Under the pieces are notes generated by a model. It searched no databases. It was not told the DNA's origin and worked only from the letters and a program-made list of their open reading frames with translations. A program made the translations under genes and the position numbers. Below are positions 11,457-21,412 of a stretch of DNA of 64,000 nucleotides, one piece after another (positions within the stretch are counted from its first letter, which is position 1; each line of letters opens with the position of its first letter). Source of the DNA: an uncultured Azospirillaceae bacterium. GTDB taxonomy: Bacteria; Pseudomonadota; Alphaproteobacteria; Rickettsiales; UBA3002. The stretch is from the NCBI GenBank assembly GCA_964564675.1, contig CAZMBI010000003.1:6033-70032 (forward strand), given 5' to 3'.

Positions 11457-11476
11457 GTGCGGGACTATATATCCCA

Positions 11477-13264
11477 TTAACCGCGGCGACCAAACAGTTT
11501 TTCGATATCCGCCCGTTTCAGTTCGACATAGGTCGGCCGGCCGTGATTGCACTGACCGGCATGCGGCGTCGCCTCCATCTGGCGCAGCAGCGCGTTCATT
11601 TCCTCGACCGTCAGACGGCGGCCGGCGCGCACGCTGCCGTGACAGGCCATGGTGCCGCACACATGCTCGAGCCTGTCGCGCAGGCTGAGCGCCTCGCCGA
11701 ATTCCTCCAACTCGTCGGCCAGATCGCGTATGAGGCCCTGCACATCCATCTCGCCGAGCAAAGCGGGGGTCTCGCGTACAATCAGCGCCGCCTCACCAAA
11801 GGGCTCGATCACCAGCCCCAGCTCCGCCAACTCGTCGGCGCGCGCATGCAGGCCGGCAGCGGCCTGCGCATCCAGCTCCACCACTTCGGGCACCAGCAGG
11901 GTCTGGCGGGCGATGCCGCGCTCGGCGATCTGGCATTTCATGCGCTCATAGACCAGCCGCTCATGCGCGGCGTGCTGATCGACGACGACGATGCCATCAG
12001 CGGTCTGGGCAACGATATAGGTCTCATGAAGCTGAGTGCAGGCGGCCCCGAGTGGATAGTGCGCCAGCGCGGTCACCGAAGCTGGCTCGGATGGGTGCTG
12101 GCGTGCAGCCGGCGCCTGTGCGGCAATCGGCTCGAACATGGCGACGCTGGCTTCGGCAAGCTGGCCGGGCGCGGCGCCAGCGGGCGGCCCATAGGCCGGC
12201 GGTGCCTGTATCCCGGGGGTGAACGCCCAGAGCGCCTGGGCGCTGACCGTGCTGGACGCGCGATGGCCAGCCTCGCTCAGCGCATGTTTGAGCGCGCCGA
12301 GAATCAGGCCGCGGATCATGGCGTTATCGCGGAAACGCACTTCGGCTTTGGCGGGATGGACATTCACATCGACCTGATCGCTGGGCAGCTGGAGAAACAA
12401 CGCCACCACCGGATAGCGGTCCCGCGCCAGGAAATCCTGATAAGCGGCGCGGACCACACCCAGCAGCAGCCGATCGCGCACGGGGCGGCCATTGACGAAG
12501 AGATATTGCGCACTGGCTGTGCCTCGGTCATAGGTGGGCAGGGCGGCGAATCCGCTCAGCCGCACGTCTTCGCGCCGGGCGTCGATGCGCAGGGCGTTTT
12601 CGGCAAAGTCGCGGCCCATCACCTCGCCGATGCGGGCGCGGGCACCCGCCAGCAGGTCGCCCTGGCCGGTCCTGAAACGCAACAGCGACTTGCCTTCGGC
12701 GCTTAGCGTAAAGCCGATGGCGGGATGCGCCATAGCCAGACGCTCGATCACATCCTTGACATGAGAGCGTTCGCTACGTTCGCTCTTGAGGAATTTAAGC
12801 CGCGCCGGGGTGGCATAAAATAAGTCGCGCACGGTCACGGTGGTGCCCGGCTCGCAGGCGGCGGGGCTCGCCGGTGAGATCACTCCGCCTTCAACACCCA
12901 GCGACCAGCCGTGCGCGGCGTCGCCAGTGCGGCTGGTTATCTGCAGCCGACTGATCGAGCCGATAGAGGGCAATGCCTCGCCACGGAAGCCCAGATGCTC
13001 GATTTGCAGCAGGTCTTCGGCCGGCAGCTTGGAGGTGGCGTGCCGCGTCACCGCCAGCGCCAGCGCGTCGGCATCCATGCCGCTGCCGTCGTCGCGCACC
13101 TGGATCAAGGTGCGCCCGGCGCGCTCCAGCATAACATCAATATGCTGCGCCCCGGCGTCTATGGCGTTTTCCACCAGTTCTTTGACAGCCGCGGCGGGAC
13201 GTTCGATCACCTCGCCGGCGGCGATCTGGTTAACAAGATTCGCAGGTAATACGCGGATGCTCAC
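11477..13264 (-). CDS. mutL: DNA mismatch repair endonuclease MutL
   Basis: 595 aa with N-terminal GHKL ATPase motifs [28 protein letters not shown] and C-terminal CNHGRPT. Confidence 0.95.
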   Translation of the reverse strand: MSIRVLPANLVNQIAAGEVIERPAAAVKELVENAIDAGAQHIDVMLERAGRTLIQVRDDGSGMDADALALAVTRHATSKLPAEDLLQIEHLGFRGEALPSIGSISRLQITSRTGDAAHGWSLGVEGGVISPASPAACEPGTTVTVRDLFYATPARLKFLKSERSERSHVKDVIERLAMAHPAIGFTLSAEGKSLLRFRTGQGDLLAGARARIGEVMGRDFAENALRIDARREDVRLSGFAALPTYDRGTASAQYLFVNGRPVRDRLLLGVVRAAYQDFLARDRYPVVALFLQLPSDQVDVNVHPAKAEVRFRDNAMIRGLILGALKHALSEAGHRASSTVSAQALWAFTPGIQAPPAYGPPAGAAPGQLAEASVAMFEPIAAQAPAARQHPSEPASVTALAHYPLGAACTQLHETYIVAQTADGIVVVDQHAAHERLVYERMKCQIAERGIARQTLLVPEVVELDAQAAAGLHARADELAELGLVIEPFGEAALIVRETPALLGEMDVQGLIRDLADELEEFGEALSLRDRLEHVCGTMACHGSVRAGRRLTVEEMNALLRQMEATPHAGQCNHGRPTYVELKRADIEKLFGRRG

Positions 13265-14535
13265 GCCACCGATTCCGTTTGCCCTTTAGCGTGCTGCTTA
13301 TGCCGGAGATATTCACGCGCCAGTTGCTTGCTTTCCTCGACCGCGGGCTGATCGAAAGCGTTGATGCGCAGCAATTCAGCGGCGGCGATGGTCTCCAGCA
13401 TGAAATGCATAAGTAGGGCCCCCATAGTGCGTGCGTCGTTGCGCGCGATACCCAGCAAACGCAGCGGCACCTCGTGCCGGCGCAGGGTTTCGATCGTGCC
13501 GTGCTGCAGGGCCGCCATCACATCGCCGATATGCACCCCGTCCAGATGTGACAGCGCCGCGATACCCTGCGCGTTCAAACGCGGGCCTTCGCCTTCGTGC
13601 GCCAAGGTGAGCAGCGTAAAACTTTTATCTTTCGGCCCGTCGAGATACAGCTGCAGCTGGCTGTGTTGGTCCACCGCCCCCAGCGCGCGCACGGGCGTGG
13701 AGCCGATTCCGTCTTTGCCGAGGCTTTCCGCCCAGAGCTGCTGATACCACGCCGCAAAATACAGCAGGCGGTCGCAATACGGCATGAGCACCGACACCGG
13801 TCGGGTGGGCATGAGCGCCGCCGCCCAGGCCGCCCCTTCCAGCGGTGCGGCATCGGGTTTTTCCAGCACCTCATCGAGCACCGCCACCGCACCTTCGCGC
13901 ATGGCGGCAATATGCACGTCCGCGGCGGCGGCGGGGATCAGCCCCACCAGCGACAGGACCGAATAACGCCCGCCAATATCCGGGTCATGATCCAGTACGG
14001 GAATATCAAACGCAGCCGCCAGCTGACGCAGCGGCGAGTCGCCGGGCACCGTCACCGCATGACAGCGCTCGCCGATCACGCCTGCGCCGACGCTTTGCAT
14101 CGCCTCAATCAGCACAAGGGCCTGGCTCAGCGTTTCCACCGTGCCGCCGGATTTACTGATAATCAGCAAATGGATGCCGGTCATATCGCGGGTGGCGATA
14201 AACTGCTCGATGGTCTGCGGATCGACATTATCTAAAAACCACACGGGATAGTCGCCGCTATTAAGCTGGCAGGCGGTCTGCCCGCCGAGGCTGGAGCCGC
14301 CGGTTCCCAGCACGATAAGTCCCGTGCTGCGCTCGCGGATCTGGCGCGCGATGGTCAGGCATTGTTCGGTATCGGCCAGATCATATTGCAGTGACAGCAG
14401 CGGCAAACGTTTGCTGTCGCGCGCCTCGCGGATGGTTTGCTGAATGGCGGGAAATGCCGCGCGATATCCATCCCGGCGCGACTGTTCCTGGGCGCTGAGA
14501 TGCGCGATATTGTGAAACTCCTGGGTATATGTCAT
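13261..14535 (-). CDS. pgi: glucose-6-phosphate isomerase (short bacterial type)
   Basis: 424 aa with SIS-domain motifs [18 protein letters not shown] and GGRYSVLS, plus DQHSQLQLY. Confidence 0.85.
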   Translation of the reverse strand: MTYTQEFHNIAHLSAQEQSRRDGYRAAFPAIQQTIREARDSKRLPLLSLQYDLADTEQCLTIARQIRERSTGLIVLGTGGSSLGGQTACQLNSGDYPVWFLDNVDPQTIEQFIATRDMTGIHLLIISKSGGTVETLSQALVLIEAMQSVGAGVIGERCHAVTVPGDSPLRQLAAAFDIPVLDHDPDIGGRYSVLSLVGLIPAAAADVHIAAMREGAVAVLDEVLEKPDAAPLEGAAWAAALMPTRPVSVLMPYCDRLLYFAAWYQQLWAESLGKDGIGSTPVRALGAVDQHSQLQLYLDGPKDKSFTLLTLAHEGEGPRLNAQGIAALSHLDGVHIGDVMAALQHGTIETLRRHEVPLRLLGIARNDARTMGALLMHFMLETIAAAELLRINAFDQPAVEESKQLAREYLRHKQHAKGQTESVA

Positions 14536-15923
14536 GGGCTTGTCTGCTCCTGCTGCGGGTTTTCAGCTGGCGGTTCATCGGCCTGACCGGTTTGTACAAT
14601 GATCAATTTTTCCAGCTGAATCAAGCGTTTTGCCGCGCGGTTGACCGCCTCAAGCGTAACCGCCTCAAAATAGGCGTTGCGTTTGTTCAAATAGTCTTTG
14701 CCCAGATCATACAGCTGCATCCCGATCAGGTAATGGGCGATGCTGTCATTGTTATCAATCGCCAGCGGAAAGGAGCCGGTGATAAACCCTTTGGCCTGCT
14801 TGAGTTCGGCTTCGGTGGCGCCGTCAACCGCCAGCTCGTGCAGGGTTTGCCTGGTGGTTTCCAGCGCGCGAGGGGCATCGGCGGCTATGGTGGCGAAACT
14901 GCCGGTCAATGCCGCCGCGTGCAGGCTGGTATCCAGATCGGTGCCGATGTGATAGCTCAAGCCCTGCTCTTTGCGGACCGCTTCGCCCAAACGCGAGGTC
15001 AGCGTCATCCCGCCAAGAATCTGGTTCATCACATAGGCGGCATAAAAATCCGCATCAGCGCGCGCGACACCACCGGAGCCGAACAGCACCACGCGCTGCG
15101 GAATCTGCATGGCGATGGTCTGGTCGGTGCCCACGTCGGAGACGGCGGTGTCCTCAATGGGCTGCTCCGGCCGGAAGCGCGCCGGCAGACCGGCGAGATG
15201 GGATTCCATCAGATGCGCCAGAGTGTCGGCATCAATCGCACCGGCGACGGCCATCACTGCGTTTTCCCGCGTCAGGTAGCGCGTGCGGAACTGGTGCAGT
15301 GCCGGCGGTGTGATTGCTTTGATGCCGGCTGTCGTACCCAGCGGCGGATTGGCATACGGATGCTCGCCATAAGCCAGCCGGTTCCATTGCAGCTGGCCGC
15401 GATAATACGGTGATTCCTGTGCGCGGCGCAGACTGCTCAGCGCCCGCGCGCGGGCATTTTCCAGGCGCTCCGGCGCAAAGCGCGGCCGCTGCAGCACATC
15501 GCCCAGCAGGGCGAAAGCCGCATCCTGATGGTCGCTGAGGGTTTGCATATGCACGCTCAGACTGTCGCGCGCGGCATCGGTGCGCAATCGGATGGCGCGC
15601 GATTCCAGCGCTTTGGCGAAAGCCTGCTGGTCGCGCGCGCCGGCGCCTTTGGTCAGCATCTCAGCAACCAGCCCGGCGCGCCCATAAAACGGGGCTGCAT
15701 CGCTGGCGGTGCCGGCGTCACGAAAGACCATGCGCACGGTCAGCGCCGGAATGTGATGATCTTCGACCAGCCAGGCGGTCAGCCCGCCGGCGCGCACTTC
15801 CTGAACCGTCACGTCCGCTGTGGCCGCGCCCGCCATCGTCATCATGGCAAGGCACACCCACCATTTATGGTACCGCAGGCGCATCGGCTTCCTCTTGAGC
15901 GGTTGATTGAGCGGTTGGATCAT
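14532..15923 (-). CDS. M16 (pitrilysin) family peptidase, non-catalytic-like subunit
   Basis: 463 aa with an M16 fold-like sequence but no HxxEH zinc motif. It has a signal-peptide-like N-terminus. An alternative ATG at 15884 (MRLRYHKWWVCLAMMTMAGAATA) is equally plausible. Confidence 0.75.
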   Translation of the reverse strand: MIQPLNQPLKRKPMRLRYHKWWVCLAMMTMAGAATADVTVQEVRAGGLTAWLVEDHHIPALTVRMVFRDAGTASDAAPFYGRAGLVAEMLTKGAGARDQQAFAKALESRAIRLRTDAARDSLSVHMQTLSDHQDAAFALLGDVLQRPRFAPERLENARARALSSLRRAQESPYYRGQLQWNRLAYGEHPYANPPLGTTAGIKAITPPALHQFRTRYLTRENAVMAVAGAIDADTLAHLMESHLAGLPARFRPEQPIEDTAVSDVGTDQTIAMQIPQRVVLFGSGGVARADADFYAAYVMNQILGGMTLTSRLGEAVRKEQGLSYHIGTDLDTSLHAAALTGSFATIAADAPRALETTRQTLHELAVDGATEAELKQAKGFITGSFPLAIDNNDSIAHYLIGMQLYDLGKDYLNKRNAYFEAVTLEAVNRAAKRLIQLEKLIIVQTGQADEPPAENPQQEQTSP

Positions 15924-17355
15924 CAGATAGGCGCGCCGGCGGGCTCACTGCCTGTGGGCGCAGGCTGCCGGTCACCGAACGGGCCGGCTGCAGCACCGCC
16001 CGCGCCGCGGTTTGCACCTGTTCGGCCGAAACGGCTTCTACCCGTTCTTCCCAGTCGGTGTAATAGTCCAGCGCAAGGTCGAGCATGCGCAGATGCCCGA
16101 TATAGCGCGCAATGCCCTGCAGCCCGTCGCGGGCATAAACGGCATCGGCTTTCAGCAGGGTTTTGGCGCGGGCCAGACTGGCGCTGTCGATACGCTCGCG
16201 GCGCGTGCGGGCAATGACCTCATCCATCGCGGTTTCCAGCTTTTTCAGACTGACCCCGTCCACCGGGGTGGCACGCACGGTCAATACCGCCGGGCCGCGC
16301 GAAAGACCCGAATAATACGCATTCACGGACGTTGCCAGCTGCTGCTCCACCACCAGTTCCCGATATAGCAGACTGGTCCGCCCGCCGCCCAGCCAATAGC
16401 TGAGCACTTCAAGCGGCAGCGCATGCTGCGCGTCACCGTAGGCGTAACTTGGTGCGGCATAATAGCGCGTCAGGCGCGGCTGTTTGACCAGCTCGTGCGC
16501 TAACGCCACCCGCCGCGCGGTACGCTGCGGCGGCTCGTTCACCCACTGGCGCGCCAGCGGCTGCCGCGACGGAATAGTGCCATAATAACGCTCGGCCAGC
16601 GGCTCCAACCGCTCCCGCGTGATGTCGCCCACTACCACCAGCACCATCATGCCCGGATGGTAATAGCTATCATAAAACGCCCTGACGTCTTCGGCACTGA
16701 GCGTTTCGATCTCATGCATCCAGCCGATGATGGGAATACGATATGGGTGATGGCGAAACAACGCCGCACGCATGGCTTCGTCGAGCAGGGCTGCCGGGCG
16801 GTTATCCACCCGGCTGCGGCGCTCCTCCAAAATGACCTGTAATTCCTTTTCAAAGGCTTCCGCCGAGGGCTTCAGATGTTGCAGGCGCTGGCTTTCCAAC
16901 TGCATCACGCGTTCGAGATGCTCGCTGGCTATATTGACGTAATAACCGGTGAAATCGCGTCCGGTAAAGGCGTTGAGCTCGCCGCCAAGCTCGGTGATCT
17001 GTTGCTCGAACTCGCCTGCGGCGTATTGCCGGGTGGCTTTGAACATCATGTGTTCGACATAATGCGCAAGCCCCGAACGGCCCGCCGGATCATCGGCCGC
17101 GCCGACACGCATCCACAGCGTGTGGCTGATCGCCGGCACCCGGTCATTGCGCACCAGCACCACCTCCATGCCGTTGCTCAGGCTGAAGGACTCAACTTCC
17201 TGTTGATCGGTGACCGGCTTCTCGGGGGCTGGTTGCTCATCGCTGAACTCAAACAGGCCCAGCAGCAGCACCGTAAATATCAGGGTTACGATTGCAACGA
17301 GTATGACGGTGCGCATGCGGTTGTTGTATCCCATTCCCTGCGGCAGGGCGAGCAC
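15865..17355 (-). CDS. M16 (pitrilysin) family zinc peptidase
   Basis: 496 aa with the inverted zinc motif HYVEHMMFK (HxxEH) and an N-terminal membrane/signal segment. It is paired with the downstream M16 gene. Confidence 0.85.
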   Translation of the reverse strand: MLALPQGMGYNNRMRTVILVAIVTLIFTVLLLGLFEFSDEQPAPEKPVTDQQEVESFSLSNGMEVVLVRNDRVPAISHTLWMRVGAADDPAGRSGLAHYVEHMMFKATRQYAAGEFEQQITELGGELNAFTGRDFTGYYVNIASEHLERVMQLESQRLQHLKPSAEAFEKELQVILEERRSRVDNRPAALLDEAMRAALFRHHPYRIPIIGWMHEIETLSAEDVRAFYDSYYHPGMMVLVVVGDITRERLEPLAERYYGTIPSRQPLARQWVNEPPQRTARRVALAHELVKQPRLTRYYAAPSYAYGDAQHALPLEVLSYWLGGGRTSLLYRELVVEQQLATSVNAYYSGLSRGPAVLTVRATPVDGVSLKKLETAMDEVIARTRRERIDSASLARAKTLLKADAVYARDGLQGIARYIGHLRMLDLALDYYTDWEERVEAVSAEQVQTAARAVLQPARSVTGSLRPQAVSPPARLSDDPTAQSTAQEEADAPAVP

Positions 17356-17380
17356 CCGCTATGAACGGGCCACGTATGCC

Positions 17381-17980
17381 TCATTCAAACACTTTTTTAA
17401 TTACACTCTGGCTGGCGGGGTCGACGGTTTTGACCTCCCCTTCGTTGACGGGCTTGCCCCCATCGATATTGCGCCGGATCCGCTTGGCCTCTTCGCGCGC
17501 ATCCACCACCGGATCGCTGCCTTTAAGGCCGAGCCATTTATCCAGCGGGGTGAGATCGTCGTTTCGGTCTTTCTGTTCACTCTGGCTTGCCGATTCCAGC
17601 TTGCGGCGAATCGCGGGATCGGCCTTCCCGGCACCAGCGCGTTGCAGCAAATTGGCTTCGCCACTGCTGGTCAGCGAACTGCTGACAACCGGATCAACCG
17701 CGGTTTTGGCTTTGGGTTTTTGCAGAATACGCGTCACCGGTGCGCCGTCATCCTGAAAGACGATGGAGCGGCCGCCGTCTTCCGCCTGCGGCGTGCCAAA
17801 CGAAGGCGCGCCCGGCTCGGGTGGGCGCAGGTAAAAATCGGGCGGCACCGAAAGCGGGGGGCGCGAGACCACCCGGAACTCATCCGGCGCTTCGCGGTTG
17901 AGCCCAAGATTCTCCCGGACTTCGCCACTGGCACAAGCGGTCAGGATGCAGGCACTCAGTAAGCCGATAATCAGTCGCAT
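17381..17980 (-). CDS. conserved alphaproteobacterial lipoprotein (DUF3035/BamF-like; family name from memory, unverified)
   Basis: 199 aa with lipobox LSACILTAC at the N-terminus and a Pro/charged-rich mature part. It sits next to lspA. Confidence 0.55.
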   Translation of the reverse strand: MRLIIGLLSACILTACASGEVRENLGLNREAPDEFRVVSRPPLSVPPDFYLRPPEPGAPSFGTPQAEDGGRSIVFQDDGAPVTRILQKPKAKTAVDPVVSSSLTSSGEANLLQRAGAGKADPAIRRKLESASQSEQKDRNDDLTPLDKWLGLKGSDPVVDAREEAKRIRRNIDGGKPVNEGEVKTVDPASQSVIKKVFE

Positions 17981-18020
17981 AGTGCTAACATAACCTAATG
18001 GCGCACGAATTCAAGCGGTC

Positions 18021-18560
18021 TTAAGCCGCCGGCGCTTGCCGCCTGCTGCGCACCAGTCCGTCCCACAATAACAAAGCCACGCCGATGCAAATCGCCGAAT
18101 CGGCAATATTAAAGGCCGGCCAGTGCAGCCCGGCCACATGAAAGTCGAAAAAATCAGCCACCGCGCCGAAGCGGGCGCGGTCGATCACATTGCCGATCGC
18201 CCCGCCTATCACCAGCCCCAGCGCCAGTCCGATAAAACGGTCGGCACAGCGCCACAGCCAGACGCTCAAACCGGCGGCGATCACCAGCGCCACCCCGATT
18301 AACACCCAGGGCATCCAGCTTACTGAATCGGCGAACATGCCGAAGCTCACGCCGGTATTCCATACCATCACCAGATTGAAAAAGGCGGTCACTTCGATCG
18401 GCGGCCGAGCTGCGATCTGCACCATATCGAGCATCACCCATTTGACGAGCTGATCGGCACCGATGATGGATAAGGCCGTAAGCAGCCCTAAGAGGCGGGC
18501 GCGGCGTGCCAGGGACGGGTTGGCGGTATTGTCGCCAGCTTCGCCGTGGCCTGATGACAA
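18021..18560 (-). CDS. lspA: lipoprotein signal peptidase II
   Basis: Motifs FNLVMVWNTGVSFG, GGAIGNVIDR, VADFFDF and NIADSAI. The start is uncertain. The ATG at 18659 gives a 50-aa Arg-rich leader overlapping ribF by 172 bp. The TTG at 18560 is the nearest start upstream of the first TM helix. Confidence 0.8.
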   Translation of the reverse strand: MSSGHGEAGDNTANPSLARRARLLGLLTALSIIGADQLVKWVMLDMVQIAARPPIEVTAFFNLVMVWNTGVSFGMFADSVSWMPWVLIGVALVIAAGLSVWLWRCADRFIGLALGLVIGGAIGNVIDRARFGAVADFFDFHVAGLHWPAFNIADSAICIGVALLLWDGLVRSRRQAPAA

Positions 18561-19453
18561 TCCTGTTGTATCTGACTGCGTAATGCCTCGACTCCTTCGA
18601 AGGGTTTTTCGTCGCGCAGATGCGAGTGAAACTCTACACAAATCCGCGCGTCGTACCAATCGATTTCGGCGTTCAGTACATGGATTTCGAGGCGCAACTG
18701 CTCCCCCTTAAAGGTGGGGCGATAGCCCAGATTGGCCACCGCATCATAGGTGCGCGCCTCACCGAAGCGCTGCACGCGCACCGCATAGACCCCGTGGCGC
18801 GGCATTAACACCGGCGGCGGCAACAGATTCAGGGTGGGATAGCCCAGCGTGCGGCCGCGCGCCTCGCCGCGGATCACACGCCCCAGCCAGTGATAGGGCC
18901 GCCCCAGCAAATCGGCGGCAGCTTCCATCTCACCGCGGGCGACATGGGCGCGGATATGGGTGGAGGAGCATTTCTCAGTGCCCGCAGTCAGTGGCGCAAT
19001 CGCTTCATAATGGAATCTCCCCTGTTGCGCGGCTGCTTCCAGCAGCCCGGCATGGCCGCGTCGGCCGCGCCCGAAGGCGAACTCCTCGCCGGTAATCACA
19101 TAGCGCGCGCCGAGACCACGCACCAATACGCGGTCGATGAACGCTTCGGCTTCCAGCGCTGCGAAGCGGGCATTAAAACGCTGGGCGATCAGACCGTTTA
19201 TGCCTGCCGCCTGCAGCAGGCGTGCCTTATGATGAAAAGGAATCAACCGCAGCCGGACATCGTCGCGGGCGAAAAATCGGCGCGGATGCGGCTCAAAGGT
19301 GAGAATGGCAGCCGGGGCCTCGAGCGCGCGCGCCTGCGCGATGACATGGCGCAACACCTCGGCATGGCCGCGATGCACTGCATCAAAATTGCCGATTGCC
19401 ACCACCGCGCCCTGACGCGCTGGTGATAGTTTATACTGACGGGCAAACCACAT
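18488..19453 (-). CDS. ribF: bifunctional riboflavin kinase / FMN adenylyltransferase
   Basis: 321 aa. Contains GNFDAVHRGH (nucleotidyltransferase) and GRVIRGEARGRTLGYPTLNL (riboflavin kinase). Confidence 0.9.
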   Translation of the reverse strand: MWFARQYKLSPARQGAVVAIGNFDAVHRGHAEVLRHVIAQARALEAPAAILTFEPHPRRFFARDDVRLRLIPFHHKARLLQAAGINGLIAQRFNARFAALEAEAFIDRVLVRGLGARYVITGEEFAFGRGRRGHAGLLEAAAQQGRFHYEAIAPLTAGTEKCSSTHIRAHVARGEMEAAADLLGRPYHWLGRVIRGEARGRTLGYPTLNLLPPPVLMPRHGVYAVRVQRFGEARTYDAVANLGYRPTFKGEQLRLEIHVLNAEIDWYDARICVEFHSHLRDEKPFEGVEALRSQIQQDCHQATAKLATIPPTRPWHAAPAS

Positions 19454-19460
19454 AGCCGGA

Positions 19461-20384
19461 TTACGCCGCCTGTTCCTCGGCCGGTCGGCTGCCGCGCAGA
19501 TTAAAATATTGCAGAACCGGCGCCGAGATATAAATCGAGGAATAGGTGCCGATCAGCACGCCGAACACCAGCGCATAGCCGAAGACCTCAAGCACCGGGC
19601 CGCCGAGCACGGCGATGAACAGCGCGGCGAGCACGGTGGTCAGCCCGGTGACGATGGTGCGCGCCAGCGTGTCATTGACGCTTTTATTCAGCAGCTCTTC
19701 CAGCGGCATTTTTTTGTATTTACGCATGTTCTCGCGGATACGGTCGTAAATCACCACCGAGTCGTTAATGGAATACCCTACCACCGTGAGAATGGCCGCC
19801 ACCGCGGTCAGGCCGAATTCAAACCCGGAGACGGCATAAAACCCAATCATCAGAATGGTATCGTGCAGCAGGGCCATGATGGCGCCAAGGCCAAACTGCC
19901 ATTCGAAACGAATCCAGATATACAGCATCATGGCGCCGATAGCGAGAACGAAGGCCATAATCCCCGATTCCACCAGTTCCTGGCCGACGGTGGGGCCGAC
20001 ATATTCGGTCTGGCGATAATCGATATTGGGAAATAAGGCGTTGAGTTTTTCTTTGACCACGCCCACCAGCTCGGCCTGTTCTTCGTCTTCGCCCATCTCG
20101 ATGCGGATCAACACCTCGCGCGGATCGCCGAAGGTCTGCAGCGACACCTCACCGAGCCTTGGAATATTAAGCGCCTCGCGCATGGCGGCCAGATCGGCCG
20201 CCTCCTGCGTGCGGATTTCCATCAGGATGCCGCCGGCGAAATCGATGCCGAGATTGAGTCCTTGGCGCCACATGACCAACGCCGTGGCCACGATCAGCAG
20301 CGCGGATACTCCAAAACCGAACCACCGGTAACGGACAAAGGGGATGGCGGTATCGGCCGGAATAAGGGAAATCGGAAAGCGCAT
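19461..20384 (-). CDS. secF: protein translocase subunit SecF
   Basis: 307 aa. Contains GIDFAGG, YSINDSVVIYDRIREN and six TM segments. Confidence 0.9.
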   Translation of the reverse strand: MRFPISLIPADTAIPFVRYRWFGFGVSALLIVATALVMWRQGLNLGIDFAGGILMEIRTQEAADLAAMREALNIPRLGEVSLQTFGDPREVLIRIEMGEDEEQAELVGVVKEKLNALFPNIDYRQTEYVGPTVGQELVESGIMAFVLAIGAMMLYIWIRFEWQFGLGAIMALLHDTILMIGFYAVSGFEFGLTAVAAILTVVGYSINDSVVIYDRIRENMRKYKKMPLEELLNKSVNDTLARTIVTGLTTVLAALFIAVLGGPVLEVFGYALVFGVLIGTYSSIYISAPVLQYFNLRGSRPAEEQAA

Positions 20385-20385
20385 T

Positions 20386-21339
20386 TTAACTCGTCACCAA
20401 ATGGTATTGATAAAGAATATATAGAATGTACCAGCTGAACATCACCCCGCCTTCCGTACGGGAGATTTTCTTATCCGACATCATCAGCGGAATCAAGAGC
20501 GTGGAAGACACCAGCATAACAAAGATATCGCCTTCCAGAAACTGCTGGAGCACGCTGACCGGATGGACGATCGCCGCGGCGGCCAGCACCGCGCAAATAT
20601 TAAACAGATTACTGCCGATGACATTGCCCACCGCGATATCCGAATGCCGCCGGTAAGCCGCCACGCCGCAGGTCACCAGTTCCGGCGCCGAGGTCCCGAT
20701 GGCGACAATGGTGGCCGCAATCACCCCTTCGCTTACCCCGAAGGCGCGCGCCATATCGGAAGCGCCATCCACCAGAATATCGGCGCCGAATATCAGCAAC
20801 ACAAAGCCGGCCGACAACAGTGCCAAGGATAACAGCCAGCCATAGTCATATTGGGTTTCTTCCTCGAACTCCTGGAGAATCTCCGGCGCTGCCTTACGCC
20901 GTGACAGACGAAACATATTGGCCAGGTAGCCCACCAGGATCGCCAGCAACACGATGCCTTCCAGCCGCGAGACGATATTATTGCTCATGAAAACGAACAT
21001 AAGCACGCTGACCAGCACCATCAGAATCCCGTCGCGCTTGGTGATATCCGGATTGGTTTTGATGGGATAGATCAGCGCTGTCACCCCGAGCACGAGCAAC
21101 ACGTTGGCGATATTGCTGCCGATGACGTTACCCAAGGCGATATCGGGATGGCCTTCCAGCACCGCCATGATACTGACCACCATCTCCGGCGCCGAGGTGC
21201 CCATGGCGACAATGGTCAGCCCGATCACCACCACCGGGATGCTCAACCGATTAGCCACAGAGACCGCGCCGCGCACCAAACCCTCGCCGCCGGCGATCAG
21301 CATCAGCAGGCCGCCGACAATCTGCAGCATATCTTCCAT
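20386..21339 (-). CDS. Ca2+/Na+ antiporter, CaCA (YrbG-like) family
   Basis: 317 aa polytopic protein with two alpha-repeat signatures, GTSAPEMVVS and GTSAPELVT. Confidence 0.85.
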   Translation of the reverse strand: MEDMLQIVGGLLMLIAGGEGLVRGAVSVANRLSIPVVVIGLTIVAMGTSAPEMVVSIMAVLEGHPDIALGNVIGSNIANVLLVLGVTALIYPIKTNPDITKRDGILMVLVSVLMFVFMSNNIVSRLEGIVLLAILVGYLANMFRLSRRKAAPEILQEFEEETQYDYGWLLSLALLSAGFVLLIFGADILVDGASDMARAFGVSEGVIAATIVAIGTSAPELVTCGVAAYRRHSDIAVGNVIGSNLFNICAVLAAAAIVHPVSVLQQFLEGDIFVMLVSSTLLIPLMMSDKKISRTEGGVMFSWYILYILYQYHLVTS

Positions 21340-21412
21340 ATTGGAATTTCCTTAAGTCCTGCTATGGGATAAAGTCCAAATGGATTCCTGTCAATGAAAT
21401 CGCAGTCCGCCT

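Noticed and set aside
11543-12706. 387-aa plus-strand ORF
   Set aside because: It is antisense to mutL and its sequence is low complexity. Similar shadow ORFs were also rejected at 14529-15413, 21695-22426, 25341-26198, 39150-39815, 51586-52644 and 58318-59130.
18561-18659. Long Arg-rich N-terminal extension of lspA from the ATG at 18659
   Set aside because: It would overlap ribF by 172 bp and adds a non-hydrophobic leader not seen in LspA. An internal TTG at 18560 is more plausible, but this is unproven.
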